From positions 288,001 through 352,000 of the forward strand of contig CAWGYD010000001.1 in the NCBI GenBank assembly GCA_963826785.1: a stretch of 64,000 nt of DNA. Reading direction: 5' to 3'. Both the position numbers and the translations under genes were made by a program. The notes below the pieces were generated by a model. It worked only from the letters and a program-made list of their open reading frames with translations, was not told where the DNA came from and did no database searches. This DNA comes from an uncultured delta proteobacterium. GTDB taxonomy: Bacteria; Desulfobacterota; Desulfobacteria; Desulfobacterales; Desulfosalsimonadaceae. Below are positions 58,414 through 64,000 of this stretch, piece after piece (the first letter of the stretch is position 1; the number at the start of each line of letters is the position of its first letter).

Positions 58414-61400
58414 ATGAAATATTTAAACATGTTTTTCAGCCGGTTTCTGTTTGCCGCGGCCCTGGGCTGCGCGCTGATGTTTGTATTTTCACCAGATGGC
58501 CTCGCCCGGGAAAAAGATCCTGCTTCGGCCATGAAGCTCATCCCTCTTCCCAAAGCCGCATCCATTCCGTCGCCGTCAGTGAAATCCGGTAAAGTTGATG
58601 ATGTGCGGCTCAAAAAGATCAAAGATCGGCTTCAAAATCTGCACCCGGCCGGGCATACGGCGGTTTCCGGCGCCCGTCCGGCCGCCCGGGAAAAAAAGGC
58701 GGACAGGGTCCGGCGGCTTCGAAGGGCCCTGTCCGCCGAAATGCAAATCAAATTGCGGCCGCATTCCCGCACGCCCCGTCAGATCAAGGTCGGATCAATC
58801 GCCCGCCGGGAAGGAAAGGTGCTCCAGCAGGCGGTCTTCGGCAGCGGTTCCCGACGGGAACGGGATGAAAACACCGCCGGCGCTTTTTTAAAATCCCGAA
58901 AAGGCCTGCTGCGGATAAGTGAACCGGAAAAGGAGATGCGTCTTGCGCGATATTTTGAAGATTTCCTGGGGCGGCGGCATGTGCGCTATACCCAACGCTA
59001 TCGCGGACTGCCGGTCTGGCCTGCGGAATTAAATGTTCACCTGGACGCAAGCGGAGATGTGGACCTGGTCAACGGCGCCTATGTTCCCACCCCCCGGCGG
59101 ATGGTGACGGTGCCGGTCTGGTCGGCAGAAGAAGCGCTGGAGAAGGCACGGATTGAAATTGCCGGCGGGGACCTGGCCGAAGCGCCGGGTCCGGAGCTGA
59201 TCATCTATGCGCCGGGGGACCGTTCCCCGCGCCTGGCCTGGAAGACCGAACTCGCCATCTCCCTTGAGGAAAACTGGCTGGTGGTGGTGGATGCCGCCAA
59301 TGGTAAGATCCTGACGGCCTACAACCAGGTGCCCGGCGAACGCGTATCCGGCTCCGGCATCGACCTGTTCGGGGATACCCGGCTCCTGGATGTTTGGAGC
59401 GAAAAAGGGCGCTATTACATGGTCAATACCGCAAAACCGATGTACAACCCGGCCTCCGACCCGTCCGTCATCGATAAAATCGATGGGGGCATCATTATCC
59501 TGGATCTGGAAAACCAGGCGCTTCCCGACTCGGGGAACCTGTATGCCCCCCGGGCCTCTTCCGCGTCTCCCGACGCCGGCTGGGTCCCGGATGCGGTCAG
59601 CCTGGCGTATAACCTGTCTGAAACCTATGACTATTTCCGGAAGCGGCACGGCCGGGATTCCATCAATGCCGAAGGGGGATCGATACTGGGGTTTGTGCGG
59701 GTGGATGAAAATTACAACAATGCCTTCTGGACCAGTGAATATAACGGCGTCTTTTTCGGGGACGCCAACCCCTATGCGGGCGTGCTGGACGTGGTAGCCC
59801 ATGAATGCACCCACGGCGTGACCGCCTATACCTGCAACCTGGTCTACCGGGACCAGCCGGGGGCATTGAATGAAGCCCTGTCCGATATTTTCGGGGAAAT
59901 GGTTGAAGCCTGGTCCACCGGCGCCACCGACTGGCAGAACAGCACGGGCCTGGCCGACCGGCGAAATCTGAGCGACCCGTCCTCCGTGAGTATCCTGCCC
60001 GGATATCCCTATCCCGGGAAAATGAGTGAATTCTACAGCCGAAGCGACCCCCTCCTGCAGCGATTAAAAGACCAGGACTACGGCGGCGTCCACGTCAACA
60101 TGACCATCGTCTCTCATTGTTTCTACCTGCTGGCCGAAGGCATGCCCGGTGCCATCGGCCTGGAAGATGCCGCCAAAATTTTCTACCGGGCCCAGACCGT
60201 CCACCTGGTATCCGGCTCCCAGTTCGTGGACGCCCGGCTGGCCTGCATTGCCTCCGCCGAGGAGCTGTTCGGCTGCCGGTTCGGTTCAGGCGGAAAAAGT
60301 GGCGCAGGCCTTTGATGCGGTGGAAATTTTTGAGGACAGCGCCACTCCGGAACCTGCGCCGTCCAAGCCCGTCAGCGGGCCTGATGCCGCTGTGTTCATC
60401 AGCACGGACCCGGATCGGGCCGGATCATCCTTTCTGGCCCGTTACGAAAGCGCCCGGGGAGATCAACTGCCGGGGGTATGGCTGTCCTGCGACAAGGTGA
60501 TGGCTTCCCGGCCGTCTGTAAGCGGCGACGGCAGCACGCTGTTTTTCGTCGATGCCGTAAATGATGCCTGCTTTATCGATACCAACGGCACCGGATGTGA
60601 AATCCCGCTGGAACTCGACGATCAAATCTATTCCGTGGCCATGTCCCCGGACCAGCAGATCTATGGTTTTGTTTTGATGGAAGATGGAGAGCCTGCCGAT
60701 TCCATTTCCGTAATCGACCTGCGCCCCGGTGGACGAAGCGCGGACCTTTCCCCTGGTGGCACCGGCCACGGAAGGCGCCGTGATCAATTCCGTGGCATAT
60801 GCCGAAGCCATGGATTTCACGTCGGACAACCGCTATCTGATCTACGATGCCTATAACGTGCTCAAGTTCCAGGACGGCAGCAGTATCGGGGTGTGGAGCA
60901 TCTATGCGCTCGACCTGGAAACAGAGCAGACCCTCCCCCTGGTGGGCCCGTTTACGGATGCGGATGTGGGCTTTCCGTCTTTGAGCCAGACTTCCGATCA
61001 TCTGATCACCTTTGATCTGGTGGATGCGGAAACCGGCCGGACGGAAATCATCGCGGAAAACCTGATCACCGGCGATTTTCAAATCGTAGATACGGTGTCC
61101 GACGCCTGGACGGCCCCCGTTTATACCGGAGATGACCGCGCCATCGTCTTTTCCCGGTCGGATTCAACCACACCCACCGGTTATTCCCTGGTGCGGCAAC
61201 CCCTGAACGAAGACCGGATCACGCCGGATGGGGCGCCCGATATCTGGATTTCCGATGCCAATTACGGGGTGGTCTACCGCAGGGGCGAATTCGCTTCGCC
61301 AAAACCCGACATCACCCTGTCCGCCGATCATCTTTTTTTCGGTCAGGCCGTTTTGGGCAAAACCGTCAGCCGGACGCTGAGCATATCGAATGCGGGTACG

Positions 61401-61712
61401 GGCGACCTCATGATCAATGCGGCTTCCTTGTCCGGTGCGGCGCGTCCGGATTTTTCCATCCGGGGCGGATGCGCCGGCCAGAAGCTGCCCGCCTCGGGCG
61501 TCTGCCAGTTCTATGTCGACTTCGTCCCCAGCGCCGCCGGGGCCCGATCCGCCACCCTGACCGTCTCCTCGGATGACCCGGATCAGCCGGCCGTTGCCAT
61601 CGAGCTAACCGGGACCGGCATGGATGCTGATAATGGCACGGTTGGGGACAGCGGAAACGATAAAGGCGGCGGCGGGGGCGGCTGTTTTATCGAATCGGCC
61701 GCTGGGAGATGA
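58414..61712 (+). CDS. Secreted M4 (thermolysin-like) metalloprotease with TolB-like propeller, Ig-like domain and Gly-rich CFI tail; frameshifts at ~60274 and ~60733
   Basis: FTP/PepSY, NNAFW, VAHECTHGV, GALNEALSD, DYGGVH. ORFs 58414-60315, 60149-60856 and 60729-61712 join by single-base shifts. Ends GGGGGGCFIESAAGR. Confidence 0.82.
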
Positions 61713-61815
61713 TGGGGCCCGGACGCTTGACGATCAGGATGTTCTGAATACATTAAGGTCAGGCTTGCCCTCCCGATCGGGCGACAAACCGGTATTCAGG
61801 CGTTAGGCTTAAAAA

Positions 61816-62667
61816 ATGATGAAATGGATTTATCAACCCCAGTTCAAAATCGTATTTATCTATATTATACTGGGTCTGGCATGGATATTTTTGTCCGATT
61901 ATGTCACCGACGCATTGTTCGGGGCGGGCGGGTATGTCTCTTATGCCCAGACCGTCAAGGGAATCGTCTTTATCGTTTTTACCGGGCTGCTCCTGTTTTT
62001 TTTGATCAAACGCGATATCGGTGCCGTCACAGCGATAAACCAGAAACTGGTCAAAAGTTACCAGGAGACCATTTGCGGCTGGGTGAATGTTATGGATCTG
62101 CGTCACAAGGAGACGCATGACCATAGCGCGCGCGTGACCATGATGACGCTGGAACTGGCCAAACAAGCCGGCATTACGGATAAAAAAGAACTCGATCACA
62201 TCGAACGGGGTGCCATACTTCACGATATCGGGAAAATCGGCATTCCGGATTCTATTTTGATCAAACCCGACCGGCTGGATGAGAAAGAATGGGTTCAGAT
62301 GAGAAAGCACCCGGGCATCGGGTATGATATCCTGTCGGATATCGATTTTTTGCAGTCGAGCATGGATATTCCTTACTACCATCATGAGAAATGGGATGGC
62401 AGTGGCTATCCATTTGGCCTCAAGGGCGAAGAAATACCCATTGCGGCCAGAATTTTTGCGGTGATCGATGTGTGGGATGCGCTGACCCATGCCCGCGTCT
62501 ACAAGTCCGCCTGGCCGGAAGACAAGGTTCTAAATTACCTGAAAGATCAATCCGGAAAGCATTTCGATCCCAAAGTGGTGCAAATATTTACTGACCATTA
62601 CGATGAGATCAAACAAAGCGCAAAAGCCGCCGGGGCAAATGGGATCAAAACAGGCTGCCAGGCCTGA
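61816..62667 (+). CDS. Membrane-anchored HD-GYP cyclic-dinucleotide phosphodiesterase
   Basis: Two TM helices; LHDIGKIGIPDSILIKP, HHEKWDGSGYP. Confidence 0.92.
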   Translation: MMKWIYQPQFKIVFIYIILGLAWIFLSDYVTDALFGAGGYVSYAQTVKGIVFIVFTGLLLFFLIKRDIGAVTAINQKLVKSYQETICGWVNVMDLRHKETHDHSARVTMMTLELAKQAGITDKKELDHIERGAILHDIGKIGIPDSILIKPDRLDEKEWVQMRKHPGIGYDILSDIDFLQSSMDIPYYHHEKWDGSGYPFGLKGEEIPIAARIFAVIDVWDALTHARVYKSAWPEDKVLNYLKDQSGKHFDPKVVQIFTDHYDEIKQSAKAAGANGIKTGCQA

Positions 62668-62693
62668 TGGACAATAGATGGTGGGCATACTTT

Positions 62694-62737
62694 TCCTTTC
62701 CGGGGCATCCGCCCTGAAGGGATTGCCCCGGAAAGGA
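62694..62737. terminator. Strong hairpin downstream of the HD-GYP gene (terminator-like)
   Basis: TCCTTTCCGGGGCA ... TGCCCCGGAAAGGA, 14-bp perfect stem; no clear U-tract on the + strand. Confidence 0.5.
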
Positions 62738-63046
62738 TGTTGTACGCCGCCTGGACCGAATCGTTTTTATTCCCGTCCATCTGCGAACTCCCCATTGAGA
62801 GACCGAAAAGCGAAAAGCCCTGTCTGCGTGCAGTATAACTCGCGGTGGCATGCTCTGTTTTTGCCTTGACCACCGGGACGCTTTGCCGTATGTAACGGCT
62901 TTACCAAACTTTGGATAATGAGGCTGGAGAATTTTCTTTTTAAATCAAGGTGATCTGAAAGTCAGACACCCTTTCCGGATGCCCGGCCCTTCGGGTATCG
63001 CGTTAAAATTCCCAGACCCCGACCCTGAAATGGAAGCGATATCAAC

Positions 63047-63938
63047 ATGACTGAACTGTACCGAAACTGGTTTCTGGCCAGCCGCCCCTGGTCATTTACC
63101 ATGACGGCAATGTCCGTGGCGGTGGGCGGGTCCGTTGCGGCCGCCGACGGGCCGTTTTACTGGGGACTGTTTCTGCTCACTTTGATCGGCGCGGTATTCC
63201 TGCATGCGGCCACCAACCTGATCAACGACTACTATGATGTAAAAAGCGGTGTGGACACCATCGAGGTTTCCACCGCCCAGTACCGGCCGCACCCGTTAGT
63301 GGAGGGAAAAATACAGCCCCGCAGCGTGCTGGCGGCCGCTAGTCCTCCTTTTTGCCGTGGCCACCGTGATCGGCCTCTGGCTGGCCGCGGACCGGGGCTG
63401 GCCCCTGGTGGTCATCGGCGTGGTGGGCATCCTGGCCAGCCTCACCTACACCGCCCCGCCCGTCAGCTACAAATACGTGGCCCTGGGGGAATTGTCGGTG
63501 TTTCTGATGTGGGGGCCGCTGATGGTGGAAGGGGCTTATTTCGTCCAGCGGCAGACGTTCAGTGCCGATGCGCTGTGGATCAGCATCCCCTTCGGGGTGA
63601 TCGTGGCCCTGGTCCTGCTGGCCAACAACCTGCGCGACATCAACCACGACAAGAGCCGGGGCATCCGCACCATCGCCATTCTCCTGGGAGCGCAAAAAGG
63701 GTTCTACCTCTATGCGGTGCTGATTTCACTGGCCTACCTGTCCATCCTGGTGATGGTTATTTTCGGGCCGCTTTCACTCTGGTCGCTGCTGGTCTTTTTT
63801 TCGCTGCCCATCGCCGTGAAACTGCTCAAGCTCATGGCCCAAAAGATCCCGGATGATGCCGATGCCCGCACCGCGCAACTCGATACCGCGTTCGGGGCAC
63901 TGCTGGTCATCTCCCTGGTTCTGGGGGCATTGTTATGA
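63047..63938 (+). CDS. menA: 1,4-dihydroxy-2-naphthoate prenyltransferase (UbiA family); frameshift at ~63341
   Basis: WFLASRPWSF, NLINDYYDVKSGVD, YTAPP, LGELSVF, ANNLRDINHD. Confidence 0.85.
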
Positions 63939-64000
63939 CGCGGGAAAATACCGGCGGATTGGCGGCGGTGACCGGCACGGTGGTACTGGCCGCTGCTTTG
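63935..64000 (+). CDS. 5' fragment of a membrane protein (runs off window)
   Basis: ATGA overlap with the menA stop; MTRENTGGLAAVTGTVVLAAAL. Confidence 0.5.
   Translation, partial: MTRENTGGLAAVTGTVVLAAAL

Noticed and set aside
62598..62873. 91-aa minus-strand ORF after the HD-GYP gene
   Set aside because: Crosses a hairpin and the HD-GYP 3' end; no RBS or motif support.
16529..63938. Programmed frameshifting or mass pseudogenisation
   Set aside because: No shared slippery motif, unrelated genes are affected, and no further decay is visible; sequencing error is more parsimonious.

Overview
64 kb of GC-rich bacterial chromosome. Gene content (multiheme cytochromes, hpn genes, GEMM riboswitch, 'GGGGGCFI' C-terminal tail) suggests an anaerobic Desulfobacterota/deltaproteobacterium; this is inference. 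In order: a cytochrome b + two multiheme cytochrome c operon, a MORN lipoprotein, an SLC13 permease, PBP1B + TPR lipoprotein, a PAS hybrid kinase, a c-di-GMP-I riboswitch controlling two exported hydrolases, an octaheme and an MtrC/OmcA-type decaheme lipoprotein. Next is a ~23 kb lipid cluster (21.9-44.8 kb). It joins hopanoid-tailoring/transport genes (hpnIJK, hpnMN) to an inositol activation pathway (MIPS, HAD, NTP transferase, two CDP-alcohol phosphotransferases, two flippase-like proteins, GtrA), plus an ITPK1-like ATP-grasp protein, an oxidoreductase/aminotransferase pair, two more radical SAM enzymes and TolC. This cluster is the best candidate for an undescribed system. After it: M16 peptidase, uup, RluA, a FabR-type acyltransferase locus with its operator, an M4 protease preceded by a propeptide-only lipoprotein, HD-GYP and menA. 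Nine apparent single-base frameshifts in eight genes most likely reflect sequencing error. No tRNA, rRNA, CRISPR array or transposase was seen. Family assignments come from motif reading and recall, not database searches.
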